Of a stretch of 50,958 nucleotides of DNA, positions 8,775-18,043 are shown in pieces. The stretch comes from Verrucomicrobiota bacterium. GTDB lineage: Bacteria; Verrucomicrobiota; Verrucomicrobiia; Opitutales; Opitutaceae. Both the position numbers and the translations under genes were made by a program. The DNA lies in NCBI GenBank assembly GCA_039797805.1, contig JBDKHE010000127.1:1-50958 (forward strand), in the 5' to 3' direction. The notes beneath the pieces were generated by a model, which did no database searches, was not told the DNA's origin, and worked only from the letters and a program-made list of their open reading frames with translations. Every line of letters starts with the position of its first letter. Positions within the stretch are counted from its first letter, which is position 1.

Positions 8775-9667
8775 GCCTCTGCTCTTGCCGCCGCCGGGAT
8801 AACGAACCCGGGCGTGCATCCGAATTCCTTCCGAAACCGCCGGTCGAGGTGGCTTTGATCGCAGAAACCGCATTCGGCGGCGACCTGCGCCACCTTCCAT
8901 TCGCCGGATTCGAGAAGCAGTCGCGCCCGGTGCAGCCGGCAGCGCCAAACGTATTTCATCGGCGGCAGGCCGGTGGAGACACGCAGCATGCGGCCGAAGT
9001 GATCTACACCCATGCCGACCGCTGAGGCCAGGATTGTCGGGGTCAGCCGGTCGCGGAGATGCTTTTCGAGGTAGTGCGCCAGGAGTTCCATGCGTTTGTC
9101 AGCAAGCCCGCGGGAGCGTCGCGTTCCGGTCGCGATCTTTCCGATGCACAGGTGCAGGACCGCGATCGACAGCATGATGGCGTTGGCGAACATCATCGGT
9201 TCCGACATTAGCTTCCGGCGATGACAATGGTCCCTGAACCGGTCACAAAGCCGGGCCAGCAGATAGTCCTGCTGGAGTAATGGAGCGAGCGGGAGCACGA
9301 CCCCGCAAAGCAACTCGGCCCGACATTCTTCTCGGACGAGTTCGCGTTCGACATAGAAGACAACCATGGCCGCCTTGCCGGTCCAGACGGCTGCGTGAGG
9401 AGTGTCGTGCGGCACGCACCACATGTGCGGCACCGTGGAATGCTCTCGGCCTGCCCTTGAATCGCCCCACGTCATCTCCGCTTCGACGGGTTCGAGGGCG
9501 AGGACAATCTGGGTGGTGGAGTGTTGGTGCTCTGGCCATGCATTGGAAGGCTGGACGTCCCAGTAGACGCTGATGCCGCGACCGACCTTCAGGACGTTTC
9601 CATGACCTGAGTTGTTGGTGGGTTGCTCAAAATATAGCGCAGAGGTTCCGTGGGGCGTATTGGGCAT
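8771..9667 (-). CDS. AraC-family transcriptional regulator (cupin-like N-terminus plus double HTH)
   Basis: WPEHQH N-terminus; LASAVGMGVDHFGR...TGLPPMKY...RLHRARLLL...VAQVAAECGFCDQSHLDRRFRKEFGCTPG. Confidence 0.92.
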   Translation of the reverse strand: MPNTPHGTSALYFEQPTNNSGHGNVLKVGRGISVYWDVQPSNAWPEHQHSTTQIVLALEPVEAEMTWGDSRAGREHSTVPHMWCVPHDTPHAAVWTGKAAMVVFYVERELVREECRAELLCGVVLPLAPLLQQDYLLARLCDRFRDHCHRRKLMSEPMMFANAIMLSIAVLHLCIGKIATGTRRSRGLADKRMELLAHYLEKHLRDRLTPTILASAVGMGVDHFGRMLRVSTGLPPMKYVWRCRLHRARLLLESGEWKVAQVAAECGFCDQSHLDRRFRKEFGCTPGFVIPAAARAEA

Positions 9668-9684
9668 GGTTTGGTGTGAGGGGA

Positions 9685-9716
9685 AAACGCCCGCGCTGGC
9701 CCATGCGCGGGCGTTT
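9685..9716 (-). terminator. 12-bp perfect hairpin ending in TTTT in the AraC leader (terminator/attenuator-like)
   Basis: AAACGCCCGCGC-TGGCCCAT-GCGCGGGCGTTT; on the minus strand it ends in TTTT about 17 nt before the AraC ATG. Confidence 0.5.
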
Positions 9717-9815
9717 CAAGACGCTATCAGAAATATGCCGTCGTTGGCTTGGACGGGCGCGACCTTCGAATGCACATCACCGCCCTGGCTTGGCGACATC
9801 ACCAGCCTATTCGGT

Positions 9816-9838
9816 ACTTGTCCGACCACCGGCGGGGT
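9816..9838. repeat. Left arm of 23-bp inverted repeat (partner 10902-10924)
   Basis: ACTTGTCCGACCACCGGCGGGGT; its reverse complement matches 10902-10924 at 22/23. Confidence 0.9.
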
Positions 9839-9872
9839 AGGCGAACGGATTGAGTTTGGATCGGATCATGGA

Positions 9873-10246
9873 ATGGAAACTTCATTGGCTACGACGCCGA
9901 CGACGGCGGGATTGAAAACGCGACAGTGCTGCTCTTGGACGGCCGAAGAGCGGGCAGCCCGGGTAAGTGATTGGGGAAAGAGCGGCGAAACCCTTTCGGA
10001 GTTCCGCCGAAAAATGATCTGCCCCCGGCCAGTTTGAGCCAGTGGGTGAAGCAACTGCGCGGGCCGACGACTGGCACGAGCGAGCCCCGAGCCTTCGTGG
10101 AAGTCCCTTCTCTTGCAAGCGAGCCGGCACCACGTCTTGCGACACGCGATTGCGTGACGCTGCGCCTGGCCGAGCGCCTCGCGCTCGAAATTCCCGTGGG
10201 CGCCGACGCCGCGTGGGTCGCCCAGCTCGTCAAAACCCTCAACTGA
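9873..10246 (+). pseudogene. tnpA: IS66-family accessory TnpA (HTH), frameshifted
   Basis: METSLA...WTAEERAARVSDWGKSGETLSEFRRK continues in the -1 frame as NDLPPASLSQWVKQLR...FVEV...LEIPVGADAAWVAQLV; shift at the A5 run around 10010-10014. Confidence 0.75.
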
Positions 10247-10257
10247 GGAACGCTATC

Positions 10258-10596
10258 ATGTTCAAGTTTTCGCCGGAAACCAAATACTACGCGCGGCTCG
10301 GTGCGACCGACCTGCGACTCTCCTACGACGGGTTTTACGCGCTCCTCAAGGAGGAGATGAAACTCAGCCCGATTCGCGGTGGTGTGTTTTCGTTCACAAA
10401 TAGAAGCAAGAATCGACTCAAGGTGATGCACTGGACCTCTCGCGGCCTCTGGATCTGCCCGTACCGGCCGGAGGAGGGCACACTGTCCTGGCCGAAAATC
10501 GCCCCGGACCTTGACGCCGCGCAGTTCCATGCGCTGATCGACGGACTGGAGTTCGATCATCTGCCGGGCTGGAAGCCCCGGAAGCGCCCGACTTGA
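10258..10596 (+). CDS. tnpB: IS66-family accessory protein TnpB (Orf2)
   Basis: ATDLRLSYDG...GGVFSFTNRSKNRLKVMHW...GLW...EEGTLSWP...LIDGL, a diverged IS66 Orf2 pattern. Confidence 0.85.
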   Translation: MFKFSPETKYYARLGATDLRLSYDGFYALLKEEMKLSPIRGGVFSFTNRSKNRLKVMHWTSRGLWICPYRPEEGTLSWPKIAPDLDAAQFHALIDGLEFDHLPGWKPRKRPT

Positions 10597-10682
10597 ATTA
10601 GCTCCAGCCGTGGGGAGGAAAAGCCGGGCGAATATCGTCCGCCGCCCTGTAAGAGGCAAAGGGGTCTCCGGCGTGGTATAGC

Positions 10683-10860
10683 ATGAGTGCGCGACCCCGA
10701 TGCACCCCTGCCCCAAAGATATAGACAGCTCGACGCGACCGCCACTGCCGAGCAAACAGCCGTGGTCGCGACTGTAGCTGGAGAGCGGGCACCGGCGTCG
10801 CGGTTCGCGCCAACTTGAACGCGAACGCGGAGCCTTGGCGGGCACCAGCTTCCAGGAAAC
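10683..10860 (+). pseudogene. Possible degraded 5' end of IS66 tnpC
   Basis: Broken frames read PDAPLP..DID...AEQTAVV...QLERER...HQL, resembling the TnpC N-terminal zipper; position right after tnpB fits; no DDE domain follows. Confidence 0.3.
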
Positions 10861-10901
10861 GTATGCTTCTACTTGAGTCGGCATTGTTTAATTACGCGTC
10901 A

Positions 10902-10924
10902 ACCCCGCCGGTGGTCAGACAAGT
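10902..10924. repeat. Right arm of 23-bp inverted repeat (partner 9816-9838)
   Basis: ACCCCGCCGGTGGTCAGACAAGT. Confidence 0.9.
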
Positions 10925-11024
10925 TCGCTTGGCGTAGGGCGGTCAGCCGTAGGCTCGGTGAAGGCTGATGCACCCACCTGCGGGAGAAGTCCTCGCGGCA
11001 GGGTCTTGGGGCCCCCGCCGCCCC

Positions 11025-13196
11025 CTATTGCCGAACAGTCTTGGCCGGCATGCGGTCGATAAAGATGCCGGAGTCGTCCGGATTGAAGTCGTATTCCGCC
11101 GCCCGCGCGCTGCGTTCGATCCGGGCCCGCTTGGCTCCTTGGCGCCAAGTCACCCACGGATTGTGGATCACGTAACGGTAATCGTCGTAATCGATCACCC
11201 TTCCGTCCACGCTGTGCCGGCGGAAATCGTAACGATCAAACCGCAATTTTTCGCCAGCTGTCGAAGTGTAGGTGACCGACTCGGCATCGACCAACAGGGG
11301 GGCCGCCACGACGGAGCGCTTGAAGTCATCGAAAGACGTGTAGCGGTCCGAGTCGGCCATCTCCCAGACGAGGTAGTCGGAAGCCTGCTCGAACCGGATG
11401 ATCCGGCCCAGCCCCTCGGCCGGAACCTTCGAGTGGGCCAGCTCCGGCAGCCTTTCCCCCGGTGCCACCCGGAACTGGAGGATAGTGGTGCCCGGCTGCC
11501 GGGGCGTATCAGGTTGCCAGCCACCCAAGACGGGGCGGATGGCAAGATACACCTCGCGACCGATGCTTGAGCGGGCGGAGAAGAACAGCCACGGGGGGAA
11601 GGATTGGAAATCTTCCGTGAAGCCGTCCTTGATCCATATCTTGGCGGGCAACTGGTCGACGCCATTCTGGGTGATGGCCGCCCCGCGCCCCACCACGCTC
11701 TGCATGGGGCAGATTAGGCTGTATTTGAGGTCGAACTGGTTGTTGTCACTGAGACCAAAGGGAATCACCGCCAACCCGACGTCGCCGAGCTTCGCTCCCG
11801 GTGTGGCCACGTAGGCCCCACCCGCGTGGTAGCCCCATCCGTTCCACGACTTGATTCCAAATCCGAGCGCATAGTCGGGCATGACCCAAGTCGCCTTCGG
11901 CTTGCCCGGTAGTCCATCGCGGGTCTCGGCGATGGACTCGCGCACGAAATACCCCTCGCGGGGCTTGTTCACCGCTAGGTCGATCAGCACCTTGGGAAAG
12001 TCGGGGTGCCCGGGATGATATTCAGTGGTGAGCAAGGACAGGTAGGACCACGCTCCCCACTCGTAATATTCGCGTCCTGCGGGCACGTAGGGCAGGTCGT
12101 CGAAGAGCAGATGGTTGAAAATGTGCATGAGGCCCGGCAGGCGGTTCGTGTGCTTCTCGGAGTTCTCGTGCGCGCCCGCATAAACACCAAGGATTGTCTC
12201 CTCCGCGTAGTCGGCCAGCAGAAGGTCGATGAAGATTTCGCAGTATTTCCTCAGCACCGGGTCGTCGGAGAGATCACGCAGCAGCCAGAAGTCGCCCAGG
12301 AAGACATGCATGTAGGTGGCCCCGTCCTTCTCCGTCACGCCCCAATCCATGTGACGGAACTCCTCGAACTGCCATGGCTCGATGGGAATCTGGGGTTTCC
12401 GGTAACTGATCAGGTATTCGTAAAAGGCCTGCTTCCAATAGCCGTAGAAATCCCGCTGCCCGGGCTGATTGCTGCGCAGGGGTGTGGGCGGACCATCAGG
12501 CGGGGTATAGGTCTCGTCGCCATAGATCTGGCACAGCAACAGGGCGTGCACCATGTATTGCAGTCGGTGATTCTCGGTGTAGCCCACCGCTCCCTCGAAC
12601 GGTTTCGGCCAAGTGTAGAGGCCGATGCGGATATGACGGTTGAAACAAGTCTCGGGCAAGAAGTGTCTCAGGGATTGCCCGGGGATGACGCGTCCGTCTG
12701 GTTCACGCCCATCGCGCAGCTTTGCGACCGTGGCCGGGAAGAGGAGGTCGGGGCGGTTACCGTAGGTGATCAGGGCGCGCATGGCGAACAGGCCGCCGCC
12801 ATGGTTAATCCGACCCCACCAGTTGGGCTGGTCGAGTTGGCGGCAGAATCGCAGCAGCAGCTCGTTGGCCTCTGGCACCCGCGAGACGTCGCCAGTCAGT
12901 TCGGCCTGCCGGAGCATGGCCAAGGCCTTGATCTGATCGGTGAGAAAGCTGCCGCCCAGATTGTCCGGCGGCACGGTGGCGACGATTTCCTCCAGGGCCG
13001 CGAGACGGCGCGCGGCGAACCCAACGGCTATTGCCTCGACATCGCGCGGAGCCGGGTCGGATGCCGCGCCGGCCAAGCCGGACGCGGCCCCCAGTACCGC
13101 GCTCAGCAGCAGCCTACGAAGGCCCCGTCGGAACGGCCGGGATCCGCCCGGCGTAAACCGACCTTCAAAACTTCGTGCTGAGGGTAACGACACCAT
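11025..13196 (-). CDS. Uncharacterised secreted protein (about 720 aa), possibly a glycan-active enzyme
   Basis: Long ORF overlapping the TBDR stop; Arg-rich plus hydrophobic signal-like N-terminus; helical N-half with YTENH motif and beta-rich C-half; start uncertain (13196 or 13229). Confidence 0.8.
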   Translation of the reverse strand: MVSLPSARSFEGRFTPGGSRPFRRGLRRLLLSAVLGAASGLAGAASDPAPRDVEAIAVGFAARRLAALEEIVATVPPDNLGGSFLTDQIKALAMLRQAELTGDVSRVPEANELLLRFCRQLDQPNWWGRINHGGGLFAMRALITYGNRPDLLFPATVAKLRDGREPDGRVIPGQSLRHFLPETCFNRHIRIGLYTWPKPFEGAVGYTENHRLQYMVHALLLCQIYGDETYTPPDGPPTPLRSNQPGQRDFYGYWKQAFYEYLISYRKPQIPIEPWQFEEFRHMDWGVTEKDGATYMHVFLGDFWLLRDLSDDPVLRKYCEIFIDLLLADYAEETILGVYAGAHENSEKHTNRLPGLMHIFNHLLFDDLPYVPAGREYYEWGAWSYLSLLTTEYHPGHPDFPKVLIDLAVNKPREGYFVRESIAETRDGLPGKPKATWVMPDYALGFGIKSWNGWGYHAGGAYVATPGAKLGDVGLAVIPFGLSDNNQFDLKYSLICPMQSVVGRGAAITQNGVDQLPAKIWIKDGFTEDFQSFPPWLFFSARSSIGREVYLAIRPVLGGWQPDTPRQPGTTILQFRVAPGERLPELAHSKVPAEGLGRIIRFEQASDYLVWEMADSDRYTSFDDFKRSVVAAPLLVDAESVTYTSTAGEKLRFDRYDFRRHSVDGRVIDYDDYRYVIHNPWVTWRQGAKRARIERSARAAEYDFNPDDSGIFIDRMPAKTVRQ

Positions 13197-15714
13197 GGCG
13201 CGGAAGCCCGAAGCTGGAGGCGGAAGCATAGTAGAATTTGTCGGCTAGGTTGCGGACGGTCACATCCACCTTCCACCGATGCTCGAACAGCTTGAGATTG
13301 TAACCGATGATGGCGTCGAAGGTGGTATAGCCGGGCATACGACTCACGAGAGGATTGCTGGCCTGGCTCACGAAATTACCGACGCGGCTGACGCCGCCGC
13401 CAAAATAGAAGCCCTTCCATCGTCCCGACTCGAAGGTGTACTTGCCCCAAATGTTAAGTGATTCGTCAGGCGTGCCCACCAGCCGGGAGCCGTTGAAGCC
13501 GACATTGGTCGGGTGCTCAGTGTAGACGGCCTTGATGCGGTTGTAGTTGATGTAGATCTGCGCCCCCGGCACCAGTGTCACCAAGGCATTGGCGTCGATA
13601 CCGCTGCTCTTCTGGGATCCGCCCTGCACATCGGTGAAGAGCATGCGTCCGTCGGGCGCTGTGCCGCCGAAGACCTCGAACACGGCGGTCGGGTTCACTT
13701 TCATGCTGAAATAGGTGATCGTGCCCGAGACGCGGCCGTTCATCAGCTCCACCTTTAGGCCGCCTTCATAGCCCTTTCCGACCGATGGCTTGGCCGGCAG
13801 TGTGCGCACGTCGCTGTTCACGCGCAGGAAGGCCGTATTGGCGAGGAAGGACTCGCTATAGGAGGCGAAGGCCGAGACCTCCGGTGTGAGCCGCACCAGC
13901 GCACCGAACTGCGGCACGTTGGCCGAGCGCGCACTGTCGGGGGAGGTCAGCGTTCCGGTGATGTTGTTCCGGGCCGGCGAGCTGTGGACGTTGTACCGGC
14001 CGTAGCCGGCCAGCACGTGCAGCTTTTCGTCGAAGGCCGAACCGGTCATCACGCCATAGTAGGAATCGTTGTCCGCGAAACTGCTACTATCCGAGTTGAG
14101 ATTTAGTGCCTCCAGCCCGAACGGGACGATTCGGTTCCACGTGGCTGGGTTCCGCATGTCCCAAGGCGCGGGGGTGGTGTTCGTCTTGAAGATATTGTGC
14201 GTATCCGTGTTGAAGTTCTTTCGGTAACCCACGAGCGGATTGAGTCGGATGCCGGCGAACTCAAACCTGCCGGTCAACTCCACTTGGCCGGTCCGCTCGT
14301 CGCCGTCCTGCAGATCGTAGCGGTTGCGGCGAAACATCGCATCCTTCGGCGTCAGGGTACCGGGCGGATAGAACTGGTCGATGACCGATTGCGACAATAT
14401 GCCGGTGCCCGCCTGTCCGGTGATGCGGTCTTCCTGGAGAAAATCGCTCTGCTCGAGCGCAACACGGAATTGAATGGCGTCCGTGAGGGCGACCGACAGA
14501 TCCGCGGACATGACCCGGCTGGTGTACTCCTGCCAATCCCCGAGCGCGGTGAAACTGAAATTTCTCGGCAGGCCGGCGTAGGGCAGCGTGGCCACGCCAT
14601 TCACGTAGACAATGAGTAGCGAACTGGGGGTGTTCGGCTCGTCACGGCGGAATTCCTCGAACTCAGCGTTGAAGGTAACCCGCGGGGTCGGCCGCCACGA
14701 CAGGGCCGCCGACAGCGTCTGCTTCTGTCCCTTGGCATGCTGGGAGAAACGCGAGATGTTCTCCCGCATCGCCACGGCCCGGTAGAGCAACTTGCCCCCG
14801 GTCCCAGGCACGGGGCCGGTGGCATCCAGCATGAAGCGATTATACGCATGACTGCCGCCAGCAACACTGAGCGTGGTCTCCTGCCGCGACCGCGGCCGTT
14901 TGGTGATGTAGTTGATGATTCCGCCAGGATTCAGCTGCCCGTACAGCAGTGAGGCCGGACCGTTCACCACCTCGATGCGTTCGATGTTGGCGGGGTCCAG
15001 GAAACGGAAATTCGTGGTAATTCCGTTGCGCTGGATGGCCGTGTTGGTGAATCCGCGCAGGTTCCAGCGCACCCAGCCACTCTGGGAGACGTTATCCTGA
15101 TGCACGCCCGCCCACTTCACGACGTCGTAGAGATCGTAGCTCGTCTGATCCCGGATGAACTCGTCGGTCAGCGCGGTGATGTTCATCGGTAGATCCTTGA
15201 TCTGCACAGCGACGCGTGTCGCGCTGACGGAGTTGGCGGCGTGATACCCTTTGTCCTCGCTCGCCCGCACTTCGAAGGGCGAAAGCACCACGATATCGTC
15301 CTTCGCCTTCGAGCCACTGGTTTCAACGGGGCGGTCGTCCTGGCTTCTTGTTGACGCCACCCTTGCCCCGTTTGGGTCGGGCATCCCGCGCCTCACCGCA
15401 AAGGCTCCTGTCTTGTCGTCCTGCGACGCGGCCAGTCCAGTGTCGGCCAGTAGCAGATCCAGGGCTTCCTTCGGGGTGAACTCGCCCCTTACCGTGTTGG
15501 TCTTTACCGCGCCAACCACTTCGTCTGAGAATATGATCTCACGTCCGGCCTGTTTTGCGAATCTCTTGAGTATTTCTGGCGCCGACCCACCCGGCAGATC
15601 GAAGTTCTTTTTGCCGTTGTCCGCGCCCGCCGCGGTGACGACCAGCAACAGTGCTACGAAGATTGTCTGAACGAATCTTTGGGGGAGATGAACATACGGA
15701 GAGATGGTACTCAT
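13165..15714 (-). CDS. TonB-dependent receptor with N-terminal signalling (STN) extension
   Basis: Signal peptide; FDLPGG...LKRFAKQAGREI...ALDLLLADTGL STN domain; plug NIERIEVVNGPASLLYG...PGGIINYITKRP; RNLADKFY; C-terminal Phe. Confidence 0.95.
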   Translation of the reverse strand: MSTISPYVHLPQRFVQTIFVALLLVVTAAGADNGKKNFDLPGGSAPEILKRFAKQAGREIIFSDEVVGAVKTNTVRGEFTPKEALDLLLADTGLAASQDDKTGAFAVRRGMPDPNGARVASTRSQDDRPVETSGSKAKDDIVVLSPFEVRASEDKGYHAANSVSATRVAVQIKDLPMNITALTDEFIRDQTSYDLYDVVKWAGVHQDNVSQSGWVRWNLRGFTNTAIQRNGITTNFRFLDPANIERIEVVNGPASLLYGQLNPGGIINYITKRPRSRQETTLSVAGGSHAYNRFMLDATGPVPGTGGKLLYRAVAMRENISRFSQHAKGQKQTLSAALSWRPTPRVTFNAEFEEFRRDEPNTPSSLLIVYVNGVATLPYAGLPRNFSFTALGDWQEYTSRVMSADLSVALTDAIQFRVALEQSDFLQEDRITGQAGTGILSQSVIDQFYPPGTLTPKDAMFRRNRYDLQDGDERTGQVELTGRFEFAGIRLNPLVGYRKNFNTDTHNIFKTNTTPAPWDMRNPATWNRIVPFGLEALNLNSDSSSFADNDSYYGVMTGSAFDEKLHVLAGYGRYNVHSSPARNNITGTLTSPDSARSANVPQFGALVRLTPEVSAFASYSESFLANTAFLRVNSDVRTLPAKPSVGKGYEGGLKVELMNGRVSGTITYFSMKVNPTAVFEVFGGTAPDGRMLFTDVQGGSQKSSGIDANALVTLVPGAQIYINYNRIKAVYTEHPTNVGFNGSRLVGTPDESLNIWGKYTFESGRWKGFYFGGGVSRVGNFVSQASNPLVSRMPGYTTFDAIIGYNLKLFEHRWKVDVTVRNLADKFYYASASSFGLPRHGVVTLSTKF

Positions 15715-15726
15715 GGGGATTGGGGT

Positions 15727-15771
15727 GGGGTTACCATATAAAGAAACCTCACGGGGTTCTTTCCGCTAAAG
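15727..15771 (-). promoter_or_regulatory. Putative ECF-sigma-dependent promoter of the TBDR
   Basis: Gapless 28/45 identity with 19646-19690 upstream of the ECF sigma gene: CTTTAnnGGA...TCTTnATAnnGTAACCCC. Confidence 0.7.
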
Positions 15772-15800
15772 CATTTGGGCTGGTGCTGCTGAACATACGG

Positions 15801-17954
15801 TCAGAAGCCCGGCATATTATGCAGGGTTCTGGAGGTGTAGTGTTCGAGAGGTTGGGTGGCAGGTTCGACGCCGGCGGGGAGCGGACGCTTGGAGAACTGC
15901 TGGAAGTAGAGCAGGCAGGAGTCGCGCCAGTTGATGGCTTCCTTCTCCTGGCGGGCGAGGCGCTGCGCGACGTGCGTGAAACGCTCGTCGTCGATGCGGC
16001 CCTTGAGCGAGTCCCAGTCGCGGCGGAGCGCACGGACCTCGTCCACGCCCTGTTGGTAGCGGAGGCAGAGCTCGTCCCAGAGCGTGCGGCCGGATTTCAT
16101 CGGGTGCTCCCACGGCACATGGTGGAACCAAAGGAGCAGGTTCTCGGGGCAGGTCGCGGGGTCGCCCCAGAGTTTCTGCCACTCGGGCGCGTATTGGGCG
16201 AGGGCGTTGGAGCCGGTGGCGGTGCGGTCGAAGCCGAGGCCCTGCTCGTCAGCCTTGTGATAATAGACGGAGGTCCAGTCGGCGCGGCCGAGCTTGTCCA
16301 CCCACGGGCCGGGGCCGTAATGGTGTCCCTCGGCCATGATGTGAGTGAGGCCGAGCGGCATGGAGTAGTTCACAACGGTCTCGCGCGAGCCGAGGAGCAT
16401 TTTGTTGATCGTGGCGACGGTGGTCGGATCGTGGCCGAAGGTCAGGCGCGTCCACTCGTCGGCGATCTGCTCGGAGCTGAGTGCGTGATCCCACGCGAGG
16501 CGGCCGAAGGCATACCAGTTGGACTGGGCCAGGAGGTGGCCGGTCCAGTTGCGGTCGGTGCCGGTGTTGGCGACGCCGGCGATGACGGACGGATGCTGGA
16601 GCTTGGCGCTGCCGTCCACGATGGAGGCGATGGTCGTGCCTTTGCCATTCGCGTAGGTGTCGGCGTCGAGCACCTCGCGCCACATCGGGGCGAGGAAGGC
16701 AAGGTCGATCGATTGGCCGAGGTATTCCTGCGTGATCTGCAGCTCGGCGGCGAGGCGGGTGTTGGGCATCGCGCCGAAGAGCGGCGAGAAGGGCTCACGC
16801 GGCATGAAGTCGAGCGGGCCGTTCTTGATCTGCACGATGACGTTCTGGCGGAACTGCCCGTCCAGCGGGGCGAACTCGGTGACGGCCTGCTTCACGCGGT
16901 CGTCGTTATTGTCGGGCGAGTAAACGAAGGCGCGCCACATCACGATGCCGTTGTAGGGCTGCACCGCGTCGGCGAGCATGTTGGCGCCATCGGCGTGGGT
17001 GCGCTTGTAATCCTGCGGGCCAGGCTGGCCCTCGGAGTTGGCCTTCACGAGGAAGCCGCCGAAATCGGGGATGGTACGGTAGATCTCGGCGACCTTTTCC
17101 TGCCACCACGCGGCGACGGCGGGATCGAGCGGGTCGGCGGTCTTGAGGCCGCCGATCTCGATGGGCGCACTGAAACGGGCGGTGAGGTAAATGCGGACGC
17201 CCCACGGACGGAACTCCTGCGCGAGGGCGGCGACCTTGGCGAGGTAGGGCGCGGTGAGGATCTGGGCGTTGGCGTTGACGTTGGTGATGACGGTGCCGTT
17301 GAGGCCGATCGAGGCGAGGGCGCGGGCGTAGTCGCGGTAGCGCGGATTGCGGATCTCCGGCAGATAGAACCATTCCCAGAGCGAGAAGCCGGCGTAGCCG
17401 CGCTCGACATGGCGATTCATGTCGTCCCAATGGTTGAGGAGACGGCGCTGGATCTTCGGCGCGCTGATGACGTTCAGGTTGTCGAGCGACTGGTGGGACT
17501 GGAGATGGCGCAGCAGGGCGAAGCCTCCGTAGAGCAAACCCTGATCGCGGTTGGCGACGATGAGCGTGCGGTGGCCGCCCTCGTGGGCGATGCGGCGGAG
17601 AACGTAGCCTTCGACGCCAGCCTCGCGCAGGTCGGCCTCGTTGACCACGGAGGCGATCCACGGGTCGCGCGGGATGCCGAGGATGAGGGCGTTGTCGCGC
17701 GTGGCCTTGGTGACGACCGGGATGTCGGCGCCTAGCAGGCCGCGGAGGCCCGCGACAAGTTCATCGCACGCGGAGGCGATGAGGGGGCGGGGGGGTTCGG
17801 GGATGACGATCTCGGAAATGGCGCCGACGTAGGCCTGGCGCAATGCAGAGTCGGCGATGGGATCGTAGCGCAGCCAGAAACGGTAGCCGTCGTCGGCGCG
17901 AAGCAAGAGGGGAAGGAGGAGGGAGGATGCAAGCAGGTAGAGGATCGGACGCAT
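15801..17954 (-). CDS. aguA: GH67 alpha-glucuronidase
   Basis: DGYRFWLRY, RLLNHWD...VERGYAG.SLW, FGGFLVKANSEGQPGP, QIKNGPLDFMPREP, ELQITQEYLGQ, HHYGPGPW, CPENLLLWFHHVPW. Confidence 0.96.
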   Translation of the reverse strand: MRPILYLLASSLLLPLLLRADDGYRFWLRYDPIADSALRQAYVGAISEIVIPEPPRPLIASACDELVAGLRGLLGADIPVVTKATRDNALILGIPRDPWIASVVNEADLREAGVEGYVLRRIAHEGGHRTLIVANRDQGLLYGGFALLRHLQSHQSLDNLNVISAPKIQRRLLNHWDDMNRHVERGYAGFSLWEWFYLPEIRNPRYRDYARALASIGLNGTVITNVNANAQILTAPYLAKVAALAQEFRPWGVRIYLTARFSAPIEIGGLKTADPLDPAVAAWWQEKVAEIYRTIPDFGGFLVKANSEGQPGPQDYKRTHADGANMLADAVQPYNGIVMWRAFVYSPDNNDDRVKQAVTEFAPLDGQFRQNVIVQIKNGPLDFMPREPFSPLFGAMPNTRLAAELQITQEYLGQSIDLAFLAPMWREVLDADTYANGKGTTIASIVDGSAKLQHPSVIAGVANTGTDRNWTGHLLAQSNWYAFGRLAWDHALSSEQIADEWTRLTFGHDPTTVATINKMLLGSRETVVNYSMPLGLTHIMAEGHHYGPGPWVDKLGRADWTSVYYHKADEQGLGFDRTATGSNALAQYAPEWQKLWGDPATCPENLLLWFHHVPWEHPMKSGRTLWDELCLRYQQGVDEVRALRRDWDSLKGRIDDERFTHVAQRLARQEKEAINWRDSCLLYFQQFSKRPLPAGVEPATQPLEHYTSRTLHNMPGF

Positions 17955-18043
17955 TGGGACGCAGGAGTTCGGAGGGGTGACGAAAAAAAGAGACTGGCGA
18001 CGACCGGTCCGTGCAAGCCACAGGACCGGGGTCCACCGGACGC

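Noticed and set aside
10005-10020. Programmed -1 frameshift in tnpA
   Set aside because: Only an A5 run rather than a canonical slippery heptamer, in an otherwise decayed element; a single-base deletion or sequencing error is simpler
10258-10596. TnpB as an RNA-guided (IS200/IS605, Cas12-ancestor) nuclease
   Set aside because: It is the unrelated 112-aa IS66 Orf2; no RuvC or Zn-finger motifs
9889-10884. 331-aa minus-strand ORF inside the inverted repeat
   Set aside because: Antisense to recognisable tnpA/tnpB, no motifs, Arg/Ser-rich shadow composition
15651-17735. 694-aa plus-strand ORF
   Set aside because: Antisense shadow of GH67 caused by high GC3
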